From the sequence record NC_031107.2: 64,000 bases of DNA; one strand, given 5' to 3'. This document shows positions 37,084 to 44,857 of the stretch, piece after piece. Within the stretch, counting starts at the first letter, position 1. Each line of letters opens with the position of its first letter. The notes below the pieces were generated by a model. It was not told the DNA's origin. It searched no databases and saw only the letters and a list, made by a program, of their open reading frames with translations. Made by a program: the position numbers and the translations under genes.

Positions 37084-37890
37084 ATGAATCTTTACGACGT
37101 TTACGACACGAACGATGACAATCGTTCAGTAACGTTCGCCGGAAAACTCACTCGGCTTGAGAAAGTCCGGGAGAGCATCCAGAACATGCGTCCACTGGAC
37201 GAGGACAACCATTGGCTCGTGGTCACCAACAGTGGTACGGTGCAACTGTACTTCCGGGGGTGTATCAGTGGCGGGGTCGCGTATTTGTACGAACTGCACG
37301 CACTGTGTGTGGAACCGGTCTTTACGGCCTGGCGTTCACTGATGCGTGAGCTGAACGTCAAACATATCGACCTGTCGGTTCGACACGATGACCACAGCCA
37401 TGTCCGTCTTTACGAGGAGTTGGGCTTTGAGTGCGTGTCGCAGCGTGTGGAAGTCACGGTTACGCAGGAGGCGGGGATTGAGCAGCCGGAGAACGTGGTG
37501 GGTATCGAAAGCCTCACCATTGAACAAACCGGTGAATTGTGTGTGCTCATTCGTAACCGCGCTGTCTCTGAGAAAGCCGCTGAAGAGTTGTTAAGCGAGT
37601 TAGCCCTGGGGTTCATCAGTGGTGTCGTGTCACTGAAAGATAACCATGTGGTTTCGTGTTTGCTGTACAAAGACTTTCCGTCGATGTTGGTCGGGGAGCA
37701 ATGTTTCTGTGTCATGCCACATAGCGACGCTGATTTCGGTCGGGAATTTGGTCGCTGTTATGCGGGGCTGTTGCTATTGGGGCAGCGGATGCAGAAGAAA
37801 ATTAACCTGGGGTTTGCCATCGATTACCACCCAACCGCACAGGAGGGCGTGGTCTATCGGCCGGTAACACACCACTATTCGTTACGATAG
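37084..37890 (+). CDS. Hypothetical protein, possible tandem GNAT-like fold, 268 aa
   Basis: IDLSVRHDDHSHVRLYEELGFE resembles GNAT motif B; no clear motif A. Confidence 0.45.
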   Translation: MNLYDVYDTNDDNRSVTFAGKLTRLEKVRESIQNMRPLDEDNHWLVVTNSGTVQLYFRGCISGGVAYLYELHALCVEPVFTAWRSLMRELNVKHIDLSVRHDDHSHVRLYEELGFECVSQRVEVTVTQEAGIEQPENVVGIESLTIEQTGELCVLIRNRAVSEKAAEELLSELALGFISGVVSLKDNHVVSCLLYKDFPSMLVGEQCFCVMPHSDADFGREFGRCYAGLLLLGQRMQKKINLGFAIDYHPTAQEGVVYRPVTHHYSLR

Positions 37891-37898
37891 GGGCAGGC

Positions 37899-38717
37899 AT
37901 GTTACGAATTGTAGAACGCACAGAGCATTTGTTGGACCGGGAATGGTTGGAAGACCGACAAGCTCTGTTCTTTCTCGAAAGGCTAAAGTTAAGTGAGATG
38001 AGACCGCCACGTAAGCTGTTTTATCGTATCTTTGAAGTGTTCGAGAGTGAAAGCCCACAACCTGATGCCGTGGTACTGATACTGGACCACGGATTCATGC
38101 TGGAGCTTATCACCATGGCACGCGCTGAGAAGGCAAAGTTGTCAACTCTCGCCGACGATCTCCTGACCGCCACCCAGCACACGTATATCGTGACGCACAC
38201 GGTGGAAGAAGGGGATGTGTATGCCCGGATGGGGTTCCATTGTTCTACGGTAAATTATCGCATCAAAAATCCACAACCCAGTCAGCCGGAAGCAGATTTC
38301 TTTCCGACGCTGGAGGTGGCATTTGATACCCGTGAGAAGTTCCTGGATTGGATTGAGACCATTTACGGCCGCTCCTCCATCTACGACATTATCTTAACGG
38401 GCGGGCGCTTTGCTTCAATGCGCGATGAGCAAGGGCACTGTGGTACGGTGATTTCCGTATCGCCCGTTCATCGTCGTTGGGTCGTTGGGAAAGCGTTCGA
38501 TGGTCAGGGGAATACGTTACAGCTGTCCCGTGAACGGTTCTCCCGCTTTATGAACTGTATCCTTTCGTCGTTACCGAAGGGAGAAACGGTGGTCTACACC
38601 TACCATCAATTTGAAGGTGGGAATGAGGCCATGTGGTTATTACAAAACGGCTGGTTGCCAGAAAGCTACGAATACGCACGTCACAAAACCCATAAAGGAG
38701 AACGTAATGCAGATTAA
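37899..38717 (+). CDS. Hypothetical protein, possible tandem GNAT-like fold, 272 aa
   Basis: EEGDVYARMGF and GGNEAMWLLQNGW resemble two GNAT motif B copies. Confidence 0.45.
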   Translation: MLRIVERTEHLLDREWLEDRQALFFLERLKLSEMRPPRKLFYRIFEVFESESPQPDAVVLILDHGFMLELITMARAEKAKLSTLADDLLTATQHTYIVTHTVEEGDVYARMGFHCSTVNYRIKNPQPSQPEADFFPTLEVAFDTREKFLDWIETIYGRSSIYDIILTGGRFASMRDEQGHCGTVISVSPVHRRWVVGKAFDGQGNTLQLSRERFSRFMNCILSSLPKGETVVYTYHQFEGGNEAMWLLQNGWLPESYEYARHKTHKGERNAD

Positions 38718-38997
38718 CCGTACTGTCGCTAAAACCAAAGAAGTCCTGTACGTTGTTGTGGATGGCACTGAGAACCAATTCGATGCGGTGATTGATGAAG
38801 ACCATGTGCTTCATATCGCCTATCCGGAGAAAGAGGTCACGCGTCCCCATCAGCGCGTAATGGATAAACTGATTACCAAGGCCAAGGCGCGGGACGGGAT
38901 TAAATCGCATGTCCTTCACACCGGTTATGTGTTGCAGCAGGGCCAATCTGAGATTCTGATTGCCGCGATGCCGAGCGAGCGTACCTGCTTAGTATGA
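38707..38997 (+). CDS. Hypothetical protein, 96 aa
   Basis: AAAGGAG SD before ATG 38707. Confidence 0.65.
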   Translation: MQINRTVAKTKEVLYVVVDGTENQFDAVIDEDHVLHIAYPEKEVTRPHQRVMDKLITKAKARDGIKSHVLHTGYVLQQGQSEILIAAMPSERTCLV

Positions 38998-39007
38998 CCC
39001 TGAAACA

Positions 39008-39508
39008 GTGTTGAGGTTTACCATGGATATGATCGAACTCGGTCAACTGGACCAGCACAATTTTGACCTGGGCGTTCGTGACCGCGAAGACTGTTCACCT
39101 GAGGTGATGATGTCGGCGTATCACGAGCTGTTAACCGGCGAACCCTTGACGGATGAGTATATCTCCCGCTTCGAGAAAACGTTGGCTGGTTTAATCGGGT
39201 CGAATGCTGCCCACGTTGGTCTGCTGCATGAGATGAACTTTGCCGGTGTTGAGCCGCTTGATGCCATCATGGTGTTGCGCGAAGGGGTTGTCCCTTCCGA
39301 CGAAGTGATGGACATGATTGCGGGGATTCGTGCAACGTTTGATGAAGCAGCCGAGAAGTATGCGGAAGAGTTGGAAGGGCGTGAACTTGTTGCGCCGTCT
39401 GGCGAGCAGTTGCCAAGCGATGAAGAACGTCGGGCGGCGAAGCTAATTCTTGCGCGTTATATCGTGGCTGCAATCCTCACGGACGACCGTGAAGAGAACC
39501 AGCTCTAA
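39008..39508 (+). CDS. Acidic hypothetical protein, about 166 aa
   Basis: ORF; 35 D/E versus 14 K/R by manual count. Confidence 0.65.
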   Translation: MLRFTMDMIELGQLDQHNFDLGVRDREDCSPEVMMSAYHELLTGEPLTDEYISRFEKTLAGLIGSNAAHVGLLHEMNFAGVEPLDAIMVLREGVVPSDEVMDMIAGIRATFDEAAEKYAEELEGRELVAPSGEQLPSDEERRAAKLILARYIVAAILTDDREENQL

Positions 39509-39555
39509 TAAGGCGTTCCTCCTTGCCTACGGGTGAGGAGGTTCCTTTATTTTTT

Positions 39556-39577
39556 TACACCGACCAGCCTAGTTATG
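39556..39577 (+). promoter_or_regulatory. TAC-N15-TATG motif
   Basis: tttttTAC accgaccagcctagt TATG after the terminator hairpin at about 39515-39550. Confidence 0.55.
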
Positions 39578-39608
39578 TGAAAATCGCATAACCTTGAGGA
39601 AGAATAAG

Positions 39609-39944
39609 ATGTGGATTAGTGCCATTCATAAGGACTTACCGAAACTGAAAGTGGGCGGCCAGAGCATTACTGGCGACGCACAACCGTGCCCGCAAGCTGA
39701 CGAAGTCGGTATCATCCGCTTTGACCGTATGGACGACGGTCTGTTCGCGGTTATCGATGATAACGATAACGAATATATGCTGTTCCACGAGAAGGTGGAT
39801 ACCAGCGATATCAAAGAAGGCGTTTACCTGGCCTCCTGGCAGGACAAAGAAACGCAGCAGTGGATGTGGGCAGTTGCACACAAAGTTGGCCCAACGGCGT
39901 TTACCATCGACCAGAAACATCACGTCGAACCTGAGCCCCACTGA
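39609..39944 (+). CDS. Hypothetical protein, 111 aa
   Basis: GAGGA SD before ATG 39609. Confidence 0.6.
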   Translation: MWISAIHKDLPKLKVGGQSITGDAQPCPQADEVGIIRFDRMDDGLFAVIDDNDNEYMLFHEKVDTSDIKEGVYLASWQDKETQQWMWAVAHKVGPTAFTIDQKHHVEPEPH

Positions 39945-39953
39945 TCGCAAATC

Positions 39954-40014
39954 CTTTCAGATAGATGTTATTGTGAGGAATACTAACATTCCTCTCATTC
40001 TAAGGAGTGTTCTC
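39954..40014 (+). promoter_or_regulatory. Early-type promoter with leader hairpin
   Basis: tttcagatagatgttattgtga; GAGGAAT/ATTCCTC stem; TAAGGAG SD. Confidence 0.55.
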
Positions 40015-40308
40015 ATGGCTAAGCAATATACGATTGTTAAACGTGAAGGTTCTACTCTGCTGTACGTGGAGAAAGGTGGCGATAAAGAAGCTACCGCCAA
40101 GAAACTGAACCTGCAAGGGTTCCTCTATCAGGGCCTCCGCAAAGGTTTGACCTTCGTCTTTAAAGGTCTGCCGCAAGCACGTAACTTACGCGTGCTGAAA
40201 GCAGACGGTACACAGAAGCCCCTGGTTGCCGATACGCCTGTGGACTCACTGCCGGTGAAGGGCAAAGCTGTAACGAAGAAGGTCACGCGTTCTCGCGCCA
40301 CGGCCTAA
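40015..40308 (+). CDS. Basic hypothetical protein, 97 aa
   Basis: TAAGGAG SD; followed by terminator aacccctaccc...gggtaggggtt. Confidence 0.7.
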   Translation: MAKQYTIVKREGSTLLYVEKGGDKEATAKKLNLQGFLYQGLRKGLTFVFKGLPQARNLRVLKADGTQKPLVADTPVDSLPVKGKAVTKKVTRSRATA

Positions 40309-40370
40309 CCTAACCCCTACCCCTGTCCGGGTAGGGGTTTCTTATTAAATTTCCTAGGGAATTAATTATC

Positions 40371-40823
40371 ATGTTCCAGAACTGTGTTGTGTCATCGTCG
40401 GAATTGATTGCGTTTAAAAATCGCACCTCCCAGGCACTTCAAGAGGAATCAAGACTCGGCGGTAAAATGGAAGACGTCATTGACGCATTCCAGTCCTGGC
40501 CTTACATCGCTACCGTGTGGTGTAACGAAGGGCAAACGCGTGTAGAGAATGGAAAGCTTCGCACACGCAATCACCACTATATCACGTTTGTGGCTACTGT
40601 GGAGGGGCTTGCAGATATCGAGCGGATTTACAACGCGTGGCAGTCACACCCGTTAAGTGAGCGTATTCAGTTAACGCTTTCCAGAATGCGTTTTGGCCCC
40701 AACGATGTTGAGGCGTTTGGCGGTTGGACTTTTAAACTCAATTACCGGCCAGACCCGGATGTGATTGAGCAGATGTGCAAGCACTGGATTGCGATTGCGA
40801 ATTTTACAGATAGCGACCATTAA
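40371..40823 (+). CDS. Tyw3-like-fold paralog A, 150 aa
   Basis: ELIAFKNRTSQAL and IATVWCNEGQ align with the next gene. Confidence 0.5.
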   Translation: MFQNCVVSSSELIAFKNRTSQALQEESRLGGKMEDVIDAFQSWPYIATVWCNEGQTRVENGKLRTRNHHYITFVATVEGLADIERIYNAWQSHPLSERIQLTLSRMRFGPNDVEAFGGWTFKLNYRPDPDVIEQMCKHWIAIANFTDSDH

Positions 40824-40848
40824 ATGTAAGACCCTAAAGGAGAATGTG

Positions 40849-41322
40849 ATGAAGACCCGCTATGGTGGTATCAGCTTACGGGATTTAAAGGCGTTTAAAC
40901 AACGCACCTTCGAAGCGCTGGAAAAGAGCTGGATAGAGCCGGGGATTCGTGAAACCTGCCGGATGATTAACAAGCATCCTGGGGCCACCACTGTGTGGGC
41001 CTGTCAGGGACACGGCCCGTACTCGAAGCGTAATGCGCCCGGCGAATGTCATGTGGTGTTCGCCGTGGCCGCTGGGTACGAGCACCTGGTTGATGAGTTT
41101 ATGGCGGAGTTAATGAACAGTGACTTAGCACCGCTGTGGAATCTCTCCCTGGCCCGCTTACTTTATCCCGACGACCCGTTTATCATGATGGAAGACATGA
41201 CGCTGAAGAACACCTACAGTGCCTGGAAAATCCATTACGGGTTTATGCACACTGAGCCGACCTTACGTGAAGTGCGTAAAGTTTTTCTTGCTGCCGCTAC
41301 CAAGGTATTTAAATCCAAATGA
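40849..41322 (+). CDS. Tyw3-like-fold paralog B, 157 aa
   Basis: WIEPGIRETCRMINKHPGATTVWACQGH resembles the Tyw3 N-terminal (I/L)D..I..L...N....T.SSCSGR motif. Confidence 0.5.
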   Translation: MKTRYGGISLRDLKAFKQRTFEALEKSWIEPGIRETCRMINKHPGATTVWACQGHGPYSKRNAPGECHVVFAVAAGYEHLVDEFMAELMNSDLAPLWNLSLARLLYPDDPFIMMEDMTLKNTYSAWKIHYGFMHTEPTLREVRKVFLAAATKVFKSK

Positions 41323-42017
41323 GCAAACAAAAGAAACCCCGCAACAAAAAATATAACCCGCGCCTGGCACTCGATAACAGTGCCTTGCAGGTTGCTGAAA
41401 ATGCCCTGAACCGCATTACGTTCATCGGCAGTTCTATCCGCCGTATGGCTCCGTATGCCGGACGTGGTTTCCACATGACCACCACGCCACGCATTCGCAT
41501 GATCGCAAGCGACATGTTGATACAGGGCCTGTACGACCAGAACCGTCCGTGGAAACTCTGGGTAGCGCACCTTACTGAAAACAGTGCAGGGGAGATTGAA
41601 GCGGAAACGATGGTGTGCACACTCGATGACTACAATCTCGGGGACTTCTGTCAGCACGCGGAACAAATCATTCGTGACTTGCGTCCCGAAGGCCCTGGCG
41701 AATACTTCGGCTATGCGTTTGTTGCTGCCCCTAACCAGCGTTACGAACTTCTGGAGTCCGAAGACCGTCTGCTGGAAAACTTCATGCACTCCGGTCTGTT
41801 GGATAAAGCGAAACACCTTGACCCGAAAGACCAGTTTGTGACGCGTGAGCAAATGACCGTTATGCTGATGTCGGATGCCGGTAAGTTTGATGTGGGTGTC
41901 AAGCATAGCGTTGAAGTGCCAGACATGGTACACAAAACGCGTGAAGAAACTTTGATGGAGACGGTCGATGTTCCTGAAACGAATAAAGGCTCTGTTCAAG
42001 AAAGAGAAGACTACTGA
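41319..42017 (+). CDS. Hypothetical protein, 232 aa
   Basis: ATGA coupling; basic N-terminus KKPRNKKYNP. Confidence 0.65.
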   Translation: MSKQKKPRNKKYNPRLALDNSALQVAENALNRITFIGSSIRRMAPYAGRGFHMTTTPRIRMIASDMLIQGLYDQNRPWKLWVAHLTENSAGEIEAETMVCTLDDYNLGDFCQHAEQIIRDLRPEGPGEYFGYAFVAAPNQRYELLESEDRLLENFMHSGLLDKAKHLDPKDQFVTREQMTVMLMSDAGKFDVGVKHSVEVPDMVHKTREETLMETVDVPETNKGSVQEREDY

Positions 42018-42495
42018 CTTCTCGCCCATTGACCAGGCGATTAAAGATTTCATCCAGACAGGGGCAACCTGGGATGATATTCAGCAGTTAGCCCGACACA
42101 TGAACTTCGGTTCCGTGTTCGACATGTGGCTTTACGTGGAAGACCCGAACCTGCGCAGTGAATTGCGGGTTCGTGTTGACCCGGACACCCGCAAACGTAT
42201 CGAGGATTACTGGCATCAGGAAATCTTCGGGAAACAACCGGTGACACTCATCGTCAGTAACACGCGCACGCAATTCGATAACCTCGAGATGTTAACGCGC
42301 TGGTTGTGGGATTCTACACTGTCCCGTTATCCGATGCAGAAGATACGTTTCGGTGTAGAGCATGTGTCTCGTCGCCCTAATCGTGTCAGTCTAAAAATAA
42401 TTCGACCCGAAACATCCGACACAGTCGATGTTGCCTTCATCGAAGGTTTAACTCGCCCACAGGTTAAACGCCTGATGGAAAGCTACCCAATTTGA
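41968..42495 (+). CDS. Hypothetical protein, 175 aa
   Basis: GGAG SD; 50-nt overlap with the upstream gene. Confidence 0.6.
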   Translation: MFLKRIKALFKKEKTTDFSPIDQAIKDFIQTGATWDDIQQLARHMNFGSVFDMWLYVEDPNLRSELRVRVDPDTRKRIEDYWHQEIFGKQPVTLIVSNTRTQFDNLEMLTRWLWDSTLSRYPMQKIRFGVEHVSRRPNRVSLKIIRPETSDTVDVAFIEGLTRPQVKRLMESYPI

Positions 42496-42516
42496 AAAAC
42501 CAATAAGGATTATGAA

Positions 42517-42981
42517 ATGGAAATCTTACGTAAAATGAATTTTGATGCAAAAGAGAATGCAGGCTCTGAGACCTACTGGGTGGTGAGAGTGGCTGACCTC
42601 GATCAGTTCAATCGTAATGGTGTGAAGTACGTGGGTAAACCGCGCCAGCTGCTGCGTGACTTCTTCCGTCGCCCGCACACCTTCTGCGAATACCAGGAAC
42701 CCAACCTGGCTGTTTACAATCGCCTGACACCGAAAGGGTCGGACGACTACATTGCACGGGCGTGCAGTGTACCCACCGCAAATATCTGTGGCGCGTTGTC
42801 TAATCCGCGTGTCGCAGCCGATGGCCGTTCCATTACGCTGGAACTGCGTCCATGGGGCCCTCATGCAGCCCGTCTGCGTGAGTTACTGAACGATGATATT
42901 ACCCCGGTGTTTGCAATGCGTGCATTGTCTGACCCGGACGGTAACATCGATAAAGTCATTACCTGGGATTTAGTGGGTTAA
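42517..42981 (+). CDS. Truncated, probably inactive paralog of the phiKZ/T4-type prohead protease, 154 aa
   Basis: FNRNGVKY, EYQEP (replacing GExxHP), ELRPWGPHAARL, PVFAMRAL (replacing FSxR), VITWDLV. Confidence 0.55.
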   Translation: MEILRKMNFDAKENAGSETYWVVRVADLDQFNRNGVKYVGKPRQLLRDFFRRPHTFCEYQEPNLAVYNRLTPKGSDDYIARACSVPTANICGALSNPRVAADGRSITLELRPWGPHAARLRELLNDDITPVFAMRALSDPDGNIDKVITWDLVG

Positions 42982-43068
42982 TGATGTAGTGCCCGGAGGT
43001 TCGCCTCCGGTTGTAGTTAGTTGTACCCTAAGTAGTTTGATTATAACAATTCCAATAAGGAGAAATTT

Positions 43069-43245
43069 ATGGAAAATATGTACGTGTTTATAATGGCAGT
43101 ATTCGGGTTCTGTGCAGGTTTCACTATCGCAAACTTTGTAAGGTTTCGAAAGAAAGGTGAGCATACTGCAGCAGCAGGTCAACTGTTAATGGCAATTGTT
43201 TTTCTGATTGTTGTTATTTGGTCGGCATGTCAACGTTGGATGTAA
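43069..43245 (+). CDS. Small 2-TM membrane protein, 58 aa (below ORF-track cutoff)
   Basis: TAAGGAG SD; MENMYVFIMAVFGFCAGFTIANFVRFRKKGEHTAAAGQLLMAIVFLIVVIWSACQRWM; stop 1 nt before the next ATG. Confidence 0.7.
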   Translation: MENMYVFIMAVFGFCAGFTIANFVRFRKKGEHTAAAGQLLMAIVFLIVVIWSACQRWM

Positions 43246-43246
43246 C

Positions 43247-43534
43247 ATGAAACGTGTAATCCTGGTAGTTATAGGTGTCCTGGCGGCACCTATTTTTGCA
43301 CATGGCGCGAAAGTGCCAGAGCAGAAAATCGAAGTCGACCAACAAGCATACGAGCGTGTGTTCCTCGGCTGCTTAAACAATTTCAAGAATGTTGATACCA
43401 AAGATGAAGATGTCGCAACCGACATCATTCGTGCGTGTGATGACTCTGCGCAACGTATCGCCATTCGTAAAGGTACTTACCGGGCAAATGACTGGTCAAT
43501 CGTCACGCCGCTTAACAGCGAGGAAACTAAATGA
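43247..43534 (+). CDS. Secreted protein with signal peptide, 95 aa
   Basis: MKRVILVVIGVLAAPIFAHG-A leader; two Cys in the mature part. Confidence 0.65.
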   Translation: MKRVILVVIGVLAAPIFAHGAKVPEQKIEVDQQAYERVFLGCLNNFKNVDTKDEDVATDIIRACDDSAQRIAIRKGTYRANDWSIVTPLNSEETK

Positions 43535-44646
43535 CACGCGTTGTAACATTAACCGGTGGCGTTGATTCGTCCTGGAATCTGATGAACATGATTAACCGTG
43601 TAGACAGCCAGTACGAGACCATTCGTCCGCTCTACATGGATTTCAAACAAGGCCAAGATGCGTCTTTCGCTGAGTTTGTATTAGGCACAGAGATTGCCCA
43701 TCGGTTATTGAAGCAAAGCCAGGGATACCAATCCCCGCTACAGTGGATTTCTCCGCCGGATAACTTCTTCCCGGATGTCCGTGTTACTCAGCATCATCAA
43801 CTGGGCGCGCGCTTATCCCAGCAAGGTTACACTATTTTGGGTATTTCGTGGGTGATGAATAAAGTCTTGTCACAATCACCGGGTTCTACTGCAACGGTGG
43901 GTTGGAACATGGCCGACACCGTTGAAGCATCCGGCGCACAAGCCGAGTGGTCGACCGAAGACTACGCTCGCCTGAAACGGATGTACAGTGACCTTATCTA
44001 TTTCCAAGACCATGGTTATCGTGCGGCACCGCTACTGACGCCAGCTTGGGATATGGATAAATTTGAAATGTGGTCAGCGCTGCCTTCTAATGTGAAAGAG
44101 CTTATTACGGTCGCGTCGCACTATCAGATTAATATCCGACACATTCCCGGCGAGGAATACTTCTATATTGTCGCTGACAAAGAGCGTTGTGGTAAGGCGC
44201 TACGTTACCGTCGACGTGGTATTAGACTGACTCGGGCTTGGCGGATTAAACTTGATGATGAATTCTATCGTCGCGTATACACAGGTAATTTCCCTGCTGA
44301 TAATCTGGGCGGTGGGCCGCGTAAGTTCCTGAAAGAGCTGAAAACAAAGCGTGACCCTTTCAGTGAATTGGTGATTGGGTGTGATAACGCTTCACTTGAC
44401 ATCCGTTGTTATAACGATGAAGAGTGGCCAAACATAGAGCACGCCCTGGAACTGCGCTGGAGAGCTTACAATGGTCAAGAAAGTGAAGATCTGGACGCTC
44501 CAACTAGCGAAGTGGCGAGTAGCCGAAGCGAAGGGGATTCCGGTAATCAACACAACAGTGAAGTCCGGTCTGAAGCATCTGGCACCGACGTGGGACTTCC
44601 TGAGCGTGTATCAGAAGTCCGACAAGGGTCCGCTGGCGCAAGCTGA
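43531..44646 (+). CDS. QueC-like PP-loop ATPase lacking the zinc site, 371 aa
   Basis: VVTLTGGVDSS, QYETIRPLYMDFKQGQ, TVGWNMAD and LLTPAWDMDKFEMW are collinear with QueC motifs. Confidence 0.6.
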   Translation: MTRVVTLTGGVDSSWNLMNMINRVDSQYETIRPLYMDFKQGQDASFAEFVLGTEIAHRLLKQSQGYQSPLQWISPPDNFFPDVRVTQHHQLGARLSQQGYTILGISWVMNKVLSQSPGSTATVGWNMADTVEASGAQAEWSTEDYARLKRMYSDLIYFQDHGYRAAPLLTPAWDMDKFEMWSALPSNVKELITVASHYQINIRHIPGEEYFYIVADKERCGKALRYRRRGIRLTRAWRIKLDDEFYRRVYTGNFPADNLGGGPRKFLKELKTKRDPFSELVIGCDNASLDIRCYNDEEWPNIEHALELRWRAYNGQESEDLDAPTSEVASSRSEGDSGNQHNSEVRSEASGTDVGLPERVSEVRQGSAGAS

Positions 44647-44854
44647 GTACACCCGGCTTTACAATCTAAAGTTAGACCGGTTGCTAGATGAAGATGCGGA
44701 GAAGCTCGTTGAGATTCTTCGGATGGGGGAGGTGGCATTGATGTGCTATTGTCCCGCTGGCCAATTCTGCCACCGGTATTTATTAGTCGAGAAACTGCGT
44801 GAAGTAGCCGAATGGTTCGGTTATGAATTCGAGTACGCAGGAGAGTTAACCTAA
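44471..44854 (+). CDS. DUF488/YeaO-like protein, 127 aa
   Basis: LAPTWDFL..Y and VALMCYCPAGQFCHRYLLVEKL (C..CHR signature). Confidence 0.7.
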   Translation: MVKKVKIWTLQLAKWRVAEAKGIPVINTTVKSGLKHLAPTWDFLSVYQKSDKGPLAQAEYTRLYNLKLDRLLDEDAEKLVEILRMGEVALMCYCPAGQFCHRYLLVEKLREVAEWFGYEFEYAGELT

Positions 44855-44857
44855 AGG

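Noticed and set aside
43531-44646. Complete 7-deazaguanine DNA-modification cluster
   Set aside because: No folE, queD, queE or dpdA/tgt-like gene is adjacent and the QueC zinc motif is missing; the rest of the genome was not visible.
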